Below, one piece after another: positions 1-10,862 of a stretch of DNA of 64,000 bases (position 1 is the first letter of the stretch; each line of letters begins with the position of its first letter). This DNA is from an uncultured Duncaniella sp. (GTDB taxonomy: Bacteria; Bacteroidota; Bacteroidia; Bacteroidales; Muribaculaceae). The position numbers and the translations under genes were made by a program. The notes below the pieces were generated by a model. It had not been told where the DNA came from, did not search any database, and saw only the letters and a list, made by a program, of their open reading frames with translations. The stretch covers positions 4,137 through 68,136 of the forward strand of contig CAJTJG010000008.1 in the NCBI GenBank assembly GCA_910576785.1, given 5' to 3'.

Positions 1-615
1 AACGTGGGATGCATAAACTTATCGCCATCCCCATTCAAAGGTCTTCGCATTACCTACACGTAAGGACAGTTGTCGACAGTTGCAGCCCACGTTGACAATA
101 TACACAAAAACCGCCCGACAAGCAGTGCCTCAAAAGACTTACTCTATCCGGAATAGGCTCCCGGGGAGTGGCGGCCGATCCATGGCAGGAAGCCGTCACC
201 CTCAGGAGTTGTTTCCCCTGACAGATGCTTTCTTGACACTGTGCCGATGCAGATGGTATACATCGATTGTGGACGTTTCCGACTGTCGTTTCTCCTATTA
301 CGTGTTTCTAAAAAAGTTGCGAAGTTTTTTGAACGGCGAAGAAACGAAACGTAAAAACGTCTTGCTTTTTAATCTTAATTTATTAGGTTTTATACGCCTC
401 CGCGCATATCCTTGATACCTGTGACGGGAAGAGGTGTCCCGTATGTCAGCGACACAAAATTACGCATTAATAATGAACCGCCAAAATAAACCGTGTGGCA
501 TAATTGACACACAATAATTGGCACGGCCGGCGGGCGGTGGTGGTGGGCGGTTTCAAAATTATTTACAATTCATGTTTTTTCACCTTTGCGGTATGTGAGT
601 TAACAAAATAGTTGT

Positions 616-623
616 TAACTTTG
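616..623 (+). promoter_or_regulatory. Bacteroidetes sigma-A -7 box (TAnnTTTG)
   Basis: TAACTTTG, 61 nt upstream of ATG 684. Confidence 0.45.
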
Positions 624-683
624 CAGCTTGAAACCGTCTGCGGAGACCGGCTTGGGCCGTGTCCCGCCGTATCACATATCGTT

Positions 684-2126
684 ATGACAAGAAAACTTCC
701 GATATATTTCATTCTGTCACTGCTCGTTGGCTGTTTTGCGGCTTCGTGTAACGAGGATCCGGATCCTGTGCAGAGTTCAAGCTATGCCAACTGTGCCGTG
801 ACCTCTTTCTCGCTCGCCAAGGATGACAGTGTGGTGGCCGCGCTCGACTCGGTCTACTTCTCGATCGATCTCGTGGGCGCACGTATCTTCAATGCCGATT
901 CGCTCCCGGTGGGGACCGATGTGAGCAAGCTTATTATTAAGGTGGGGACATCGTCGGCAAGCGCGTGCGACATCACTTTCCCTATCCCCGGCACCAAGCG
1001 CGACACTACCATCAATATCATAGAGAGTCCCAACGACAGTATCAACTTCTCGGAGGGTCCGGTGCAGATGGTCGTGAAAAGTTATGACGGACAGGCCCAG
1101 CGTGCATATACGGTGAGTGTGAATGTGCACAAGGAGATCCCCGACACACTTCTGTGGCAGACTGCCGCAGAGCGCAGTCTCCCCTCCGCGCTCCAGACGC
1201 CTACGGTGCAGAAGACTGTGATGTACAAGGGTGAGGCCATGTGCTTCACCTCCAATGCCTCGGGTGCATCGGTGGCGGTGAGCGCCGATCCTTTCGCCGG
1301 TGTGTGGGACAGCCGTCAGGTGACCCTCCCTTCGGGGGCCGTGACCTCATCAATTGAATCGACCGACGATGCTCTGTATATCCTCACCTCGCGCAACGAA
1401 CTGTATCGCTCGACCGATGGCGGCTCTACCTGGGTGGCCACGGGCGAAACAATGAATCATATATATGGCGGCTACGGCTCCACACTCCTCGGCGCACGCC
1501 GTGATGCCGACGGGTGGAAGCATGTGACGTATCCGGCCTCGACCGTGAAGAGCGTGCCCCGCGGCTGTCCCGTGTCGGGAACGAGCGCTCTGGTAAACTA
1601 CACGAGCAAGTGGAGTGCCTCGCCCATGGCCATCATGATAGGCGGCCGTGACAGCGACAGTCATCTCACAGGCGAGTCGTGGGCCTATGACGGAAGTGTG
1701 TGGGGACGCCTCAGCACCGAAGGCATAGATGAGCGCGAGGGTGTGACGCTGTTTCCCTATTTCGCTGTGCGAGTGGACTCCAAGAACTGGAAAGTCTCGG
1801 AGCAGTCAGCGCTTTATGCCGTAGGCGGAAAGTATGTCACCGAGCATGGCGCGGTAGTGTCGCGCACGGTATACGTGTCGCGCGACTTCGGCATCACCTG
1901 GGATGAAGCTACTGAAACCATGCAGCTACCGGTGGAGATGGCTGCTTTCTGCAATGCTCAGGCACTTGTGTTTGACTCCACGCTGCCGTCGCGCGTCAGC
2001 AGGCCTGTCACGGAGTGGGAATGCCCTTACATCTATCTATTCGGAGGCACGAGCGCTTCGGGCACGCTGATCGACAAGGTGCGCCGCGGAGTCATCAACC
2101 GCTTCACATTCAAGCCCCAATATTAA
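684..2126 (+). CDS. Putative lipoprotein with Asp-box (BNR-like) beta-propeller region, function unknown
   Basis: ORF 612..2126 starts at TTG. The internal ATG at 684 gives a signal peptide plus lipobox (ILSLLVGCFAASC). Two SxDxGxTW-like Asp-boxes are present (STDGGSTW, SRDFGITW). A TAACTTTG box lies at 616..623. Confidence 0.6.
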   Translation: MTRKLPIYFILSLLVGCFAASCNEDPDPVQSSSYANCAVTSFSLAKDDSVVAALDSVYFSIDLVGARIFNADSLPVGTDVSKLIIKVGTSSASACDITFPIPGTKRDTTINIIESPNDSINFSEGPVQMVVKSYDGQAQRAYTVSVNVHKEIPDTLLWQTAAERSLPSALQTPTVQKTVMYKGEAMCFTSNASGASVAVSADPFAGVWDSRQVTLPSGAVTSSIESTDDALYILTSRNELYRSTDGGSTWVATGETMNHIYGGYGSTLLGARRDADGWKHVTYPASTVKSVPRGCPVSGTSALVNYTSKWSASPMAIMIGGRDSDSHLTGESWAYDGSVWGRLSTEGIDEREGVTLFPYFAVRVDSKNWKVSEQSALYAVGGKYVTEHGAVVSRTVYVSRDFGITWDEATETMQLPVEMAAFCNAQALVFDSTLPSRVSRPVTEWECPYIYLFGGTSASGTLIDKVRRGVINRFTFKPQY

Positions 2127-2138
2127 ATTCGACCAGGT

Positions 2139-2849
2139 GTGACGACGCTCCGTGGAATATATCCGGCATTATGCCTGACCCTTCTGGCCATGGCTGCTCC
2201 GGCGGCATCGGTGGCTCAGGAGGTGGCCCAGCCCGAGACCTACAAGTTTGATCTCGGCGCAGGGATAGGTATGTCGGGTTATCTCGGCGACGCTAATCCC
2301 GGTTCGCTCTTCTCGCGTCCCGGGGTAGGGGGTAATCTCTCTTTCCGCTATCTCATGAATACGCGCATAGCCCTGCGCGGCATGATAGGACTCGCATCGC
2401 TGAGCGGAACCACCGAGGGGATGGACAATGTAATACCCGGACTGGAGAACTACTCGTTCAAATCCACGGTATATGACCTTCAGGCACGCGGCGAATTCAA
2501 TTTCTTCAACTACGGTATCGGCGAGACCTACAAGCGTCTGACCCGTATCACTCCCTATGTGGCGCTGGGACTCGGCGTAAGCATGAGTTCTGTGTCGGGC
2601 GAGAGTCATGTGGCCATGACCATACCGATGGCTGTGGGAGTGAAGTATAAGATCAAACCCAGGCTTAATCTGGCTCTGGAGTTCGCCATGACCAAAATAG
2701 TCGGCGACAAGGCCGACGGAGCCGTACTCTCGGATCCATATCTCATAAAAAGCTCATTTTTAAAAAACACAGACTGGTACTCGACGCTTGTGCTATCGAT
2801 CTCCTATGAGTTCGGCAAGCGCTGTGTGGCCTGTCACCGCATAGATTGA
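2139..2849 (+). CDS. Small outer-membrane beta-barrel protein, DUF6089/PorG-like
   Basis: GTG start and signal peptide ([16 protein letters not shown]). The sequence shows an alternating beta-strand pattern with Gly/aromatic-rich strands. Its position just upstream of uppS-bamA-skp matches the Porphyromonas/Bacteroides arrangement as I remember it. Confidence 0.55.
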   Translation: MTTLRGIYPALCLTLLAMAAPAASVAQEVAQPETYKFDLGAGIGMSGYLGDANPGSLFSRPGVGGNLSFRYLMNTRIALRGMIGLASLSGTTEGMDNVIPGLENYSFKSTVYDLQARGEFNFFNYGIGETYKRLTRITPYVALGLGVSMSSVSGESHVAMTIPMAVGVKYKIKPRLNLALEFAMTKIVGDKADGAVLSDPYLIKSSFLKNTDWYSTLVLSISYEFGKRCVACHRID

Positions 2850-2860
2850 ACCACAACCGC

Positions 2861-3604
2861 ATGAACGCATCAGCCCATAACGACAAGTCGCGCCAGCCCC
2901 GCCACATAGCTGTCATCATGGATGGCAACGGCCGCTGGGCCAAGGCCCGCGGACTGGACCGCAGCGAAGGCCACGTGGAGGGCGTCAACACCGTGCGCCG
3001 CATCACAGAAGCGGCCGTCGACGCCGGAATAGGGTATCTGACACTCTATACATTCTCCACCGAGAACTGGAATCGGCCGCAGGCCGAGGTGGACGCGCTC
3101 ATGCATCTCATAGTCATAGCCATCGAGCGTGAGACGCCGGATCTGATAAAGAACAATGTGCGTCTCTCCATGATCGGCGACATCTCCCGCCTTCCCGCCG
3201 AGGCGGCCCGCCGGCTTGAGAAGTGCATGGCTGACACATCCCGTTGTACAGGGCTGACGCTCACACTGGCGTTGAGCTACTCCTCGCGCTGGGAGATACT
3301 CGATGCCTGCCGCCGTTTTGCCGCCGATGTGGAGGCCGGACGCGCCACTCCTGCCGACATGGCGACAGATGCGGACTTTGACCGATATCTCACCACAAAC
3401 GGAATGCCTGACCCCGACCTGCTCATCCGGACAGGTGGTGATCACCGTGTCAGCAACTTCATGCTCTGGCAGATAGCCTACTCGGAGATATATGTGACCG
3501 ACACATACTGGCCCGACTTCTCCAAGGAGGACTTCTACCGCGCCATAGACAATTTCCAAGGGCGTGAGCGCCGCTTCGGGCTCACATCCGAACAGATACA
3601 GTAA
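2861..3604 (+). CDS. uppS: Isoprenyl transferase (undecaprenyl-diphosphate synthase)
   Basis: Carries the IMDGNGRWA motif, and [20 protein letters not shown] and ERRFG near the C-terminus. I chose the ATG at 2861; the ORF track starts at TTG 2846. Confidence 0.93.
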   Translation: MNASAHNDKSRQPRHIAVIMDGNGRWAKARGLDRSEGHVEGVNTVRRITEAAVDAGIGYLTLYTFSTENWNRPQAEVDALMHLIVIAIERETPDLIKNNVRLSMIGDISRLPAEAARRLEKCMADTSRCTGLTLTLALSYSSRWEILDACRRFAADVEAGRATPADMATDADFDRYLTTNGMPDPDLLIRTGGDHRVSNFMLWQIAYSEIYVTDTYWPDFSKEDFYRAIDNFQGRERRFGLTSEQIQ

Positions 3605-3663
3605 GACCATATCCATCACACTCTCCAATATCCACACACCGGACAATATTTCATCACGAAAAT

Positions 3664-6291
3664 ATGCGCAATAAAGTCAATCATATCCTTCTTCTTGTCA
3701 TCGTCATGGTAATGGCGGGCACGCCCGCACTCCGTGCACAGCTCGCTTCGGATACCGTAATCAACCCCACGGTTATCTTCTCCGGTATTCCCAAAAGCTA
3801 CGAGATAGCCGGCATACGTATCACCGGAGCTGACAACTATGAGGAAAAGAACATCATAGGCTATTCAGGCCTTAAGGTGGGCGATTATATCCCCATTCCG
3901 GGCAGCGACCTTACCGATGCCGCCAAGCGTCTGTGGCGTCAGGGTCTGTTCTCCAAGGTGCAGATATCGGTCGACAAGGTGTCGGGCAACAAGGCATGGC
4001 TCGCGTTCAACCTCCGTCAGCAGCCGCGCATATCCTCCATCAATTACATAGGAGTGAAAAAAGGGGAGCAGAAGGATCTTGACGAGGCTCTGCAGCTGCG
4101 CCGCGGCAATCAGATAACACAGAACATAGTCAACCGCGCCGAGCAGATCATATCCAAATACTACGGCAACAAGGGTTTCGGCAACGCCAAGGTGAAGATT
4201 GATCTCGTGGAGGATCTGTCGGCCCCCAATGAGGTGATTGTCAATATCAATGTCAACAAGAACGACAAGGTAAAGGTACACAAGATCTATATAGACGGCA
4301 ATGAGGTGCTCTCCGACAACCAGCTGCAGCGCGTCATGAAGAAGACCAACGAGAAGGGCAAGCTGCTCAACCTCTTCCGCCAGAAGAAATTTGTGGAGAG
4401 CGACTATGAGGATGACCTCAAGCGTATCGTGCAGAAATACAACGAGAAGGGTTACCGCGACGCAGCTATCCTGAGCGACTCAGTGGTGCCTTTCGACGAG
4501 AAGACCGTGGATGTCTACATCAAACTCGACGAGGGTAAGAAATATTATATCAATGATGTGACATGGGTGGGCAATACCGTATATCCTACCGAGATACTCA
4601 AGGATGTGCTCGGCATCGAGAAGGGTGATGTCTACAATCAGAAACTTCTCAACAAGCGTACCACCGAGGATGATGACGCCATAGCGAACTATTATATGAA
4701 CGAGGGTTATCTCTTCTTTGACCTCGTGCCCATAGAGAAGAATGTGCATGGCGACAGCATCGACCTCGAGATGCGAATTTTCGAGGGTCCGCAGGCCAGG
4801 ATCAACAATGTGATCATCAATGGTAATGACCGTCTGTATGAGAAGGTGATACGCCGAGAGCTGCATGTCAAGCCGGGTGAGCTTTTCAGCAAGAACGACC
4901 TCATGCGTTCGGCACGCGAGATAGCCCAGACCGGACATTTCGACCCTGAGAGCATGGACATACGTCCCGAACCCAATCAGGAGGACGGCACTGTGGATAT
5001 CCTTTTCAATCTTACCTCCAAGAGCAACGACCAGTTTGAGTTCTCGATGGGTTGGGGCCAGACGGGTATCATCGGTAAGGTGGCCATCAAGTTTACCAAC
5101 TTCTCGATCAAGAATCTGTTCTATCCCAACTCCTACCGCGGTATCATCCCTCAGGGCGAGGGACAGCAGCTCACGATATCGGCCCAGACCAATGCCCGTT
5201 ACTATCAGGCTTACTCCATATCGTTTCTTGACCCATGGTTTGGCGGCAAGCGCCCCAACTCGCTCTCGGTGTCGGCCTACTACAGCCGTCAGACAGGTGT
5301 GAACTCCTCCTACTACAACAACCGCTACATGAGCAATTACATGTACAGCTACGGAGGTCTCTACAACACCGGCTACAATGATTATTATAACAACGCTATC
5401 GAGAATGCCTACGACCCCAACAAGTATCTGCAGATGCTCGGTGTCAATGTGGGCTTCGGTAAGCGTCTCAACTGGCCTGACGACTACTTCCAGTTCCAGG
5501 CTGAGCTGGGTTATACCTGGTATCACCTCAAGAACTGGGAATACCTGCTGAACATGCAGAACGGTACGTCCAACTCGCTCGTGCTCGGCCTGACACTCAG
5601 CCGTAACTCGATTGATAACCCGCAGTATACACGTCGCGGATCGACATTCTCGCTCAATCTGCAGCTCACACCTCCGGCATCGCTCTTCGGCAAGAAGGAC
5701 TGGAAGAAACTCTCTGAGACCAACACCGACGAGGCTCACCGCGAGCTCTACCGCTGGATCGAGTACTGGAAGTTGCGTTTCCTCTCGCGCACCTATACTC
5801 CGCTCACAAATCCTGACGGCAAATACACGCTCGTGCTCATGACCCGCGCCGATATCGGTCTGCTTGGCAGCTACAACCGTCATCTCAAGTCGCCGTTCGA
5901 GACATTCTATGTGGGTGGCGACGGTATGTCGGGATCCTACACCTATGCTCAGGAGACCATAGCCCTGCGCGGTTATGACAACGGACAGTTCACCCCCTAT
6001 CGTCTCGGCGGTGGCAGGGCCTACACACGATTCGGTGTCGAGCTCCATTTCCCCTTCATGCTCCAGCCCACCACCACCATCTACGGTCTGGCATTCGCCG
6101 AGGGTGGTAACGCATGGATGGATGTGAAGAACTTCTCACCGTTTGACATCAAGCGTTCGGCCGGCGTGGGTGTGCGCATATTCCTCCCTATGGTCGGAAT
6201 GATGGGTATCGACTGGGCGTACGGTTTCGACAAGGTGTTTGGCGAGAAGGGCGGATCGCACTTCCACTTCATACTCGGTCAGGAGTTCTAA
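3664..6291 (+). CDS. bamA: Outer membrane protein assembly factor BamA (Omp85)
   Basis: 875 aa with a signal peptide, POTRA-like repeats, and a C-terminal beta-barrel ending in an aromatic residue (..ILGQEF). Conserved synteny uppS-bamA-skp. Confidence 0.93.
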   Translation: MRNKVNHILLLVIVMVMAGTPALRAQLASDTVINPTVIFSGIPKSYEIAGIRITGADNYEEKNIIGYSGLKVGDYIPIPGSDLTDAAKRLWRQGLFSKVQISVDKVSGNKAWLAFNLRQQPRISSINYIGVKKGEQKDLDEALQLRRGNQITQNIVNRAEQIISKYYGNKGFGNAKVKIDLVEDLSAPNEVIVNINVNKNDKVKVHKIYIDGNEVLSDNQLQRVMKKTNEKGKLLNLFRQKKFVESDYEDDLKRIVQKYNEKGYRDAAILSDSVVPFDEKTVDVYIKLDEGKKYYINDVTWVGNTVYPTEILKDVLGIEKGDVYNQKLLNKRTTEDDDAIANYYMNEGYLFFDLVPIEKNVHGDSIDLEMRIFEGPQARINNVIINGNDRLYEKVIRRELHVKPGELFSKNDLMRSAREIAQTGHFDPESMDIRPEPNQEDGTVDILFNLTSKSNDQFEFSMGWGQTGIIGKVAIKFTNFSIKNLFYPNSYRGIIPQGEGQQLTISAQTNARYYQAYSISFLDPWFGGKRPNSLSVSAYYSRQTGVNSSYYNNRYMSNYMYSYGGLYNTGYNDYYNNAIENAYDPNKYLQMLGVNVGFGKRLNWPDDYFQFQAELGYTWYHLKNWEYLLNMQNGTSNSLVLGLTLSRNSIDNPQYTRRGSTFSLNLQLTPPASLFGKKDWKKLSETNTDEAHRELYRWIEYWKLRFLSRTYTPLTNPDGKYTLVLMTRADIGLLGSYNRHLKSPFETFYVGGDGMSGSYTYAQETIALRGYDNGQFTPYRLGGGRAYTRFGVELHFPFMLQPTTTIYGLAFAEGGNAWMDVKNFSPFDIKRSAGVGVRIFLPMVGMMGIDWAYGFDKVFGEKGGSHFHFILGQEF

Positions 6292-6360
6292 TCACATGAG
6301 GTTAAACTTTTTCAACCGGCAGGTGTCTATATAAGAAACGAAACAATAGAAAGACCCAAC

Positions 6361-6876
6361 ATGAAGAAACTCATAGTAGCGGTGATCATCGCCGCCGCCG
6401 GCGTCCTCGGGGCCTCGGCACAGAAATTCGCCCTCATAGACATGGATTATGTGCTGAGCAACATTCCATCATATGAGATGGCAAACGAACAGCTCAACCA
6501 GCTCTCCCAGCGCTGGCAGAAGGAGGTGGAGGCCGTGGCCAAGGAGGCCGAGACCCTCTACAAGAACTATCAGAACGAGATGGTGTTCCTCACCAACGAC
6601 CAGAAGAAGAAGAAGGAGGAGGAGATCGTGGCTAAGGAGAAGAGCGCAGCCGAGTTGCGCCAGAAGTATTTCGGCCCTGACGGGGAGCTCTACAAGAAGC
6701 GCCAATCGCTCATGAAGCCCATACAGGAGGACGTGTATAATGCCGTCAAGAAGGTGTCGGAGGAACGCGGCTACCAGTGTATATTCGACCGTGCCACGTC
6801 GTCTGACATTGTCTTTGCGTCGCCCCGCATCGATGTCTCCAACGAGGTGCTTGAAAAGTTAGGATTTTCCAAATAA
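6361..6876 (+). CDS. OmpH/Skp family periplasmic chaperone
   Basis: 171 aa with a signal peptide and a Lys/Glu/Gln-rich coiled-coil core. Lies immediately downstream of bamA. Confidence 0.85.
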   Translation: MKKLIVAVIIAAAGVLGASAQKFALIDMDYVLSNIPSYEMANEQLNQLSQRWQKEVEAVAKEAETLYKNYQNEMVFLTNDQKKKKEEEIVAKEKSAAELRQKYFGPDGELYKKRQSLMKPIQEDVYNAVKKVSEERGYQCIFDRATSSDIVFASPRIDVSNEVLEKLGFSK

Positions 6877-6882
6877 AATCCC

Positions 6883-6890
6883 TATCTTTG
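6883..6890 (+). promoter_or_regulatory. Bacteroidetes -7 box (TAnnTTTG)
   Basis: TATCTTTG, 58 nt upstream of ATG 6948. Confidence 0.4.
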
Positions 6891-6947
6891 CACCGCATTA
6901 GCACATTTAAGTTAAAAATCAAAAAACAACATCCTACGATAAAAACG

Positions 6948-7442
6948 ATGATCAAGAAATTACTTGTCGCAATCATGATTGCGCTTCCCATGAGTGTATT
7001 CGCGCAGAAGTTCGCCGTAATCAACACTAACGCCCTCATGGAGTCTATGCCCGAAATAAAGACTGTCAACGAGCAGATGGAGGCAGCAACCAAGAAGTAC
7101 GAGGACGAGTTCGCCAAGCTTCAGGAAGAGTTCGGCAAGAAATATGAGGAGTTCCAGGCTCTCGATGCCAACACTCCGCAGACAATCAAGGACCGCCGCA
7201 TGCAGGAGATGCAGGAGCTTGACAACAAGATCCAGCAGTTCCGCCAGACCGCTTCGCAGGATCTCCAGCGCCAGCAGCAGCAGCTCCTCGCTCCCATCCA
7301 GGAGAGTGTGATGAAGGCTGTGCAGAATGTAGGTGCCGAGGGTGGATACACCTTCGTGTTCGAGAGCATGGTGCCCGTTTATGTAGGCACTGATGTGACC
7401 GATATCACTGATACCGTCAAGTCGCGCCTTGGCGTGAAGTAA
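6948..7442 (+). CDS. OmpH/Skp family periplasmic chaperone (second paralog)
   Basis: The internal ATG at 6948 gives the signal peptide MIKKLLVAIMIALPMSVFAQ. Coiled-coil Q/E/K-rich core. A TATCTTTG box lies at 6883..6890. Confidence 0.85.
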   Translation: MIKKLLVAIMIALPMSVFAQKFAVINTNALMESMPEIKTVNEQMEAATKKYEDEFAKLQEEFGKKYEEFQALDANTPQTIKDRRMQEMQELDNKIQQFRQTASQDLQRQQQQLLAPIQESVMKAVQNVGAEGGYTFVFESMVPVYVGTDVTDITDTVKSRLGVK

Positions 7443-7499
7443 GCCTCTGTATCAGATCCATCTCTGCTGCAATACAAGCGAAGAAAACAAACACACAGC

Positions 7500-7541
7500 G
7501 CGTCCGGTCGGTAGTCAAAACCGGCCGGACGCACTGATTTT
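7500..7541 (+). terminator. Rho-independent terminator after the second skp/ompH gene
   Basis: 12-bp stem gcgtccggtcgg/ccggccggacgc with one G-U, 9-nt loop, and a TTTT run 5 nt downstream. Confidence 0.6.
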
Positions 7542-7591
7542 CACTAACCCCATCCCTACCAACGGATATCTACCATCCATCCCGCACTGCT

Positions 7592-9511
7592 ATGTTGAGA
7601 ATCAAGCGAATGGACCTTTTTATCCTGCAGAGCTTCCTGCCGTTGTTTGTCATGACGTTCTGCATCTGCTTGTTCATAGTGCTGATGCAATTCCTGTGGC
7701 GCTATATCGACGACCTCGTCGGTAAGGGCCTCGGTGTCGACGTCATCGCCGAGCTCTTCTTCTATGCCGCCCTGACCATGGTGCCTATGGCTTTGCCGCT
7801 GGCCATATTGCTGGCATCGCTCATGATATTCGGCAACCTTGGCGAGCAGTTCGAGCTTACAGCCATGAAGGCATCGGGCATATCATTGCTCCGCACCATG
7901 GCGCCGCTCATAGTCCTGATGGTGCTGATATCTACCGGCGCATTCTTTTTTCAGAACAATGTGCTCCCTGTGGCGCAGACCAAGATGTGGACGTTGCTCT
8001 TCTCCATGAGGCAGAAGTCGCCTGAGCTTGAGATACCCGAGGGAGTGTTCTATGATCAGATCCCCGGCTACAACCTGTTTGTCGAGAAGAAAGACCGCGA
8101 GAGCGGTGTGCTCTATGACATGATGATCTATGATGTGTCGAGGGGATTTGAGAATTCATCCATCATTCTGGCTGATTCGGGCAAGATGACCATCACACCC
8201 GACAAGACACATCTTTATCTCCGGCTATGGAGCGGTGAGTCGTTCGAGAACCTCAAGGACGCTGCCGCCGGCATGAAGAACGTGCCTTACAGAAGGGAGT
8301 CTTTTGACATCAAGGAGATCATGCTCAAGTTCGATGCGAATTTCAACCGTATGGACGAGCAGGGCATGCGCAATCAGTATGTGGGAAAGAACATGGCCGA
8401 GCTGCAGGCCACGATCGACTCCGTCACCCTCCGTGTGGATTCCGTGGGCAATCGTTTTGCCAAGGCACTGCGTGAGCAGCCTGTGCTCAATGTCCCCGTC
8501 TACCGGACACGCTATTCTGACGGACACGCCAGGACAGAGCGTACACCCGACGTGAAGATGGACAAGCCCGTGGATATCGATTCGGTGTTCCGCGGATCGT
8601 CGTCGGGATTCGCATTGAATTATCTCAATCAGGCGCTTTCCAAAGTGCAGCGTACCAAGCAGGAATATGAATTCGGCAATATCAATATGGCTGATGACCG
8701 CAAGACAATACGCCGTCATGCCATAGAATTGCAGAAGAAGTTCACACTCTCGTTTGCCTGCATCATATTCTTTTTCATCGGAGCGCCGCTCGGTGCCATC
8801 ATCCGCAAGGGCGGACTGGGTACACCGCTCGTCATCTCCGTGTTCCTGTTCATATTCTACTACATCATCGACAATATGGGCTATAAGCTTGCACGCGATG
8901 GCAAGTGGCCCGTATGGCAGGGCATGTGGCTCAGCGCCGCAGTGTTGCTCCCTCTGGGTATATTCTTTACCTATAAGGCGGTCAATGACTCGGCGGTGTT
9001 CAATAAGGACGCCTATATGAACTTCTTCAGGCGATTCCTCGGTGTGAGCGAGACCCGCAAGGTGGAGATGAAGGAGGTGGTGATGGAAGAGGTCAGGCCA
9101 CAGTTAGCTGTGGAACGCCTTGGAAGGCTACGGGCCGAGGCCGCCGGTTATCTCTCGGCCAATCCTGCCTCGCAGGGATATGTGAGCTATTGGCGCAAGG
9201 GTTATGACCGCACGCAGCTCCATGCTCTGCGCGAAGAGGTGGAGACAGTCGTGGACCGGCTGTCCAATTCTCGCGACAATATGGTGATATTGAAACTCAT
9301 GGACATGCCCGTCATAAGAAGCATGTGGCTCATCCATCCCACCGGAACGGCATGGGTGAGCACCGTGATGATAATATTTTTCCCGTTCGGGCTACCGCTG
9401 TGGCTCATGGGTAGAAGCGCGCAGAAGAGTCTCCGCCATGAATTGGAGACTACCATGCGTGTGTCAGACGAACTGATAAAACTTATACAGAATGAATCCG
9501 ATAAAGCTTGA
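7592..9511 (+). CDS. LptF/LptG family permease (YjgP/YjgQ) with long C-terminal extension
   Basis: The N-terminus [18 protein letters not shown].. is typical of the YjgP/YjgQ family. Multiple TM segments, 639 aa. Confidence 0.85.
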   Translation: MLRIKRMDLFILQSFLPLFVMTFCICLFIVLMQFLWRYIDDLVGKGLGVDVIAELFFYAALTMVPMALPLAILLASLMIFGNLGEQFELTAMKASGISLLRTMAPLIVLMVLISTGAFFFQNNVLPVAQTKMWTLLFSMRQKSPELEIPEGVFYDQIPGYNLFVEKKDRESGVLYDMMIYDVSRGFENSSIILADSGKMTITPDKTHLYLRLWSGESFENLKDAAAGMKNVPYRRESFDIKEIMLKFDANFNRMDEQGMRNQYVGKNMAELQATIDSVTLRVDSVGNRFAKALREQPVLNVPVYRTRYSDGHARTERTPDVKMDKPVDIDSVFRGSSSGFALNYLNQALSKVQRTKQEYEFGNINMADDRKTIRRHAIELQKKFTLSFACIIFFFIGAPLGAIIRKGGLGTPLVISVFLFIFYYIIDNMGYKLARDGKWPVWQGMWLSAAVLLPLGIFFTYKAVNDSAVFNKDAYMNFFRRFLGVSETRKVEMKEVVMEEVRPQLAVERLGRLRAEAAGYLSANPASQGYVSYWRKGYDRTQLHALREEVETVVDRLSNSRDNMVILKLMDMPVIRSMWLIHPTGTAWVSTVMIIFFPFGLPLWLMGRSAQKSLRHELETTMRVSDELIKLIQNESDKA

Positions 9512-10703
9512 CAAGATTGAGGACGCCATAGAGGACTTCCGTGCCGGAAAGTTTGTAGTGGTGGTCGACGACGAAGACCGCGAGAATGAGGGTGACCTTA
9601 TCATCGCTGCCGAGAAAGTAACTCCCGAGCATGTCAATTTCATGATATCCAACGCCCGGGGTGAGCTTTGTGCCCCTGTGACCATCTCCCGGTGCCGTGA
9701 ACTTGGCCTCTCGCATCAGGTTGAGGACAATACGTCGATGCTCGGTACACCCTTTACTGTTACTGTGGATCTCCTGCCCGGATGCACCACCGGCGTGTCG
9801 GCTCATGACCGTGCGGCTACCATACGTGCGCTTGCTGATCCAGACCGTAAGCCTTCAGACTTCGGACGTCCGGGCCATGTCCATCCTCTCTATGCACAGG
9901 ATGACGGTGTGCTCCGCCGTCCCGGCCATACGGAGGCAGCTATAGACCTGGCCCGTCTGGCGGGGTTGCGTCCGGCAGCCTCGTTGATCGAGATTCTCAA
10001 TCCGGATGGCACAATGGCGCGTCTGCCACAACTCCGTGCCAAGGCCGACGAGTGGGGACTCAAGCTCATATCCATACGTGATCTGATAGCCTACCGTCTT
10101 CATCAGGAGACTCTTGTCGAGGAGGGCGTCGAGGTGGATATGCCTACAGCCTACGGTCATTTCCGTCTTATCCCGTTCCGTCAGAAGGACAACGGGCTGG
10201 AGCATATAGCACTTATCAAAGGAGAGATCGACCCGTTGAAACCCGTGTTGGTGAGAGTGCATTCCTCCTGTGCCACGGGCGATATCTTCGGCTCGATGCG
10301 CTGCGACTGTGGTGAACAGCTCCACAAGGCCATGGAAATGATAGAGAAAGAAGGCACAGGGGCTGTACTGTATCTCAATCAGGAAGGCCGCGGCATCGGT
10401 CTCATGGAGAAGATCAAGGCTTACAAGCTGCAGGAGGAAGGTCTTGACACAGTGGACGCCAACCTGCATCTCGGCCACAAGGCTGACGAGCGGGACTATG
10501 GGGTGGGTGCGCAGATACTCAATATGCTCGGCATACAGAAGATGCGTCTCATCACCAACAATCCCGTCAAGCGTAAGGGTCTGGAAGGATTCGGATTGGA
10601 AGTGGTGGAGAATGTCCCGATGGAGATAGCCCCCAACCGCTACAACTGCCGCTATATGCTCACCAAGAAGCAGCGAATGGGGCATACCCTGCATCTGGAG
10701 TGA
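9492..10703 (+). CDS. ribBA: Bifunctional 3,4-dihydroxy-2-butanone-4-phosphate synthase / GTP cyclohydrolase II
   Basis: RibB motifs ([25 protein letters not shown]) followed by RibA motifs ([32 protein letters not shown]). Overlaps the upstream gene by 20 nt. Confidence 0.95.
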   Translation: MNPIKLDKIEDAIEDFRAGKFVVVVDDEDRENEGDLIIAAEKVTPEHVNFMISNARGELCAPVTISRCRELGLSHQVEDNTSMLGTPFTVTVDLLPGCTTGVSAHDRAATIRALADPDRKPSDFGRPGHVHPLYAQDDGVLRRPGHTEAAIDLARLAGLRPAASLIEILNPDGTMARLPQLRAKADEWGLKLISIRDLIAYRLHQETLVEEGVEVDMPTAYGHFRLIPFRQKDNGLEHIALIKGEIDPLKPVLVRVHSSCATGDIFGSMRCDCGEQLHKAMEMIEKEGTGAVLYLNQEGRGIGLMEKIKAYKLQEEGLDTVDANLHLGHKADERDYGVGAQILNMLGIQKMRLITNNPVKRKGLEGFGLEVVENVPMEIAPNRYNCRYMLTKKQRMGHTLHLE

Positions 10704-10745
10704 TCATATGGCATCATAAAGCCGCTTAAGGCGGGGCAAGGAGAT

Positions 10746-10809
10746 AAGAATAAGGACAGATCCGACCGGAATTGAGTGATTCCATTATGTCGGATCTGTC
10801 CTTATTCTT
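10746..10809. terminator. Bidirectional terminator hairpin between convergent ribBA and guaA
   Basis: Perfect 21-bp stem (aagaataaggacagatccgac / gtcggatctgtccttattctt) with a 22-nt loop that can itself form a 5-bp hairpin. Confidence 0.6.
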
Positions 10810-10862
10810 GTTTATCTATCCCTTTTTGTGTCTGTCAGAACAGGGATTGGAAGTTCAATATA

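Noticed and set aside
100-300. Possible riboswitch or SRP RNA in the GC-rich part of the left intergenic region
   Set aside because: I checked both strands by eye for the B12 box (GCCACTG before ACCTGCC), TPP (CTGAGA...ACCTGATCTGGATAATGCC), the SRP domain IV (GGAA tetraloop followed by GGAAGCAGC) and the RNase P P4 sequence. Elements were either absent or in the wrong order.
80-415. 111-aa ORF in the leftmost intergenic region
   Set aside because: It has a TTG start, no recognisable motifs and an Arg/Leu/Cys-rich, non-protein-like composition. It runs through a region that changes abruptly from GC-rich to AT-rich. I treat it as non-coding.
521-550. G-rich tract as a G-quadruplex
   Set aside because: It has only two GGG runs; the rest are GG. 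At best this gives a weak two-tetrad structure. I mention it only as part of the intergenic description.
4480-6048. 522-aa minus-strand ORF antisense to bamA (plus smaller ones at 3865..4281 and 4707..4976)
   Set aside because: It lies entirely inside the well-supported bamA frame. Its Val/Leu/Glu/His-rich composition is typical of the mirror frame of a GC3-rich gene. It is a shadow ORF.
9400-9492. Expected FMN riboswitch upstream of ribBA
   Set aside because: ribBA overlaps the preceding LptF/G-family gene by 20 nt, so there is no leader and no RFN element.
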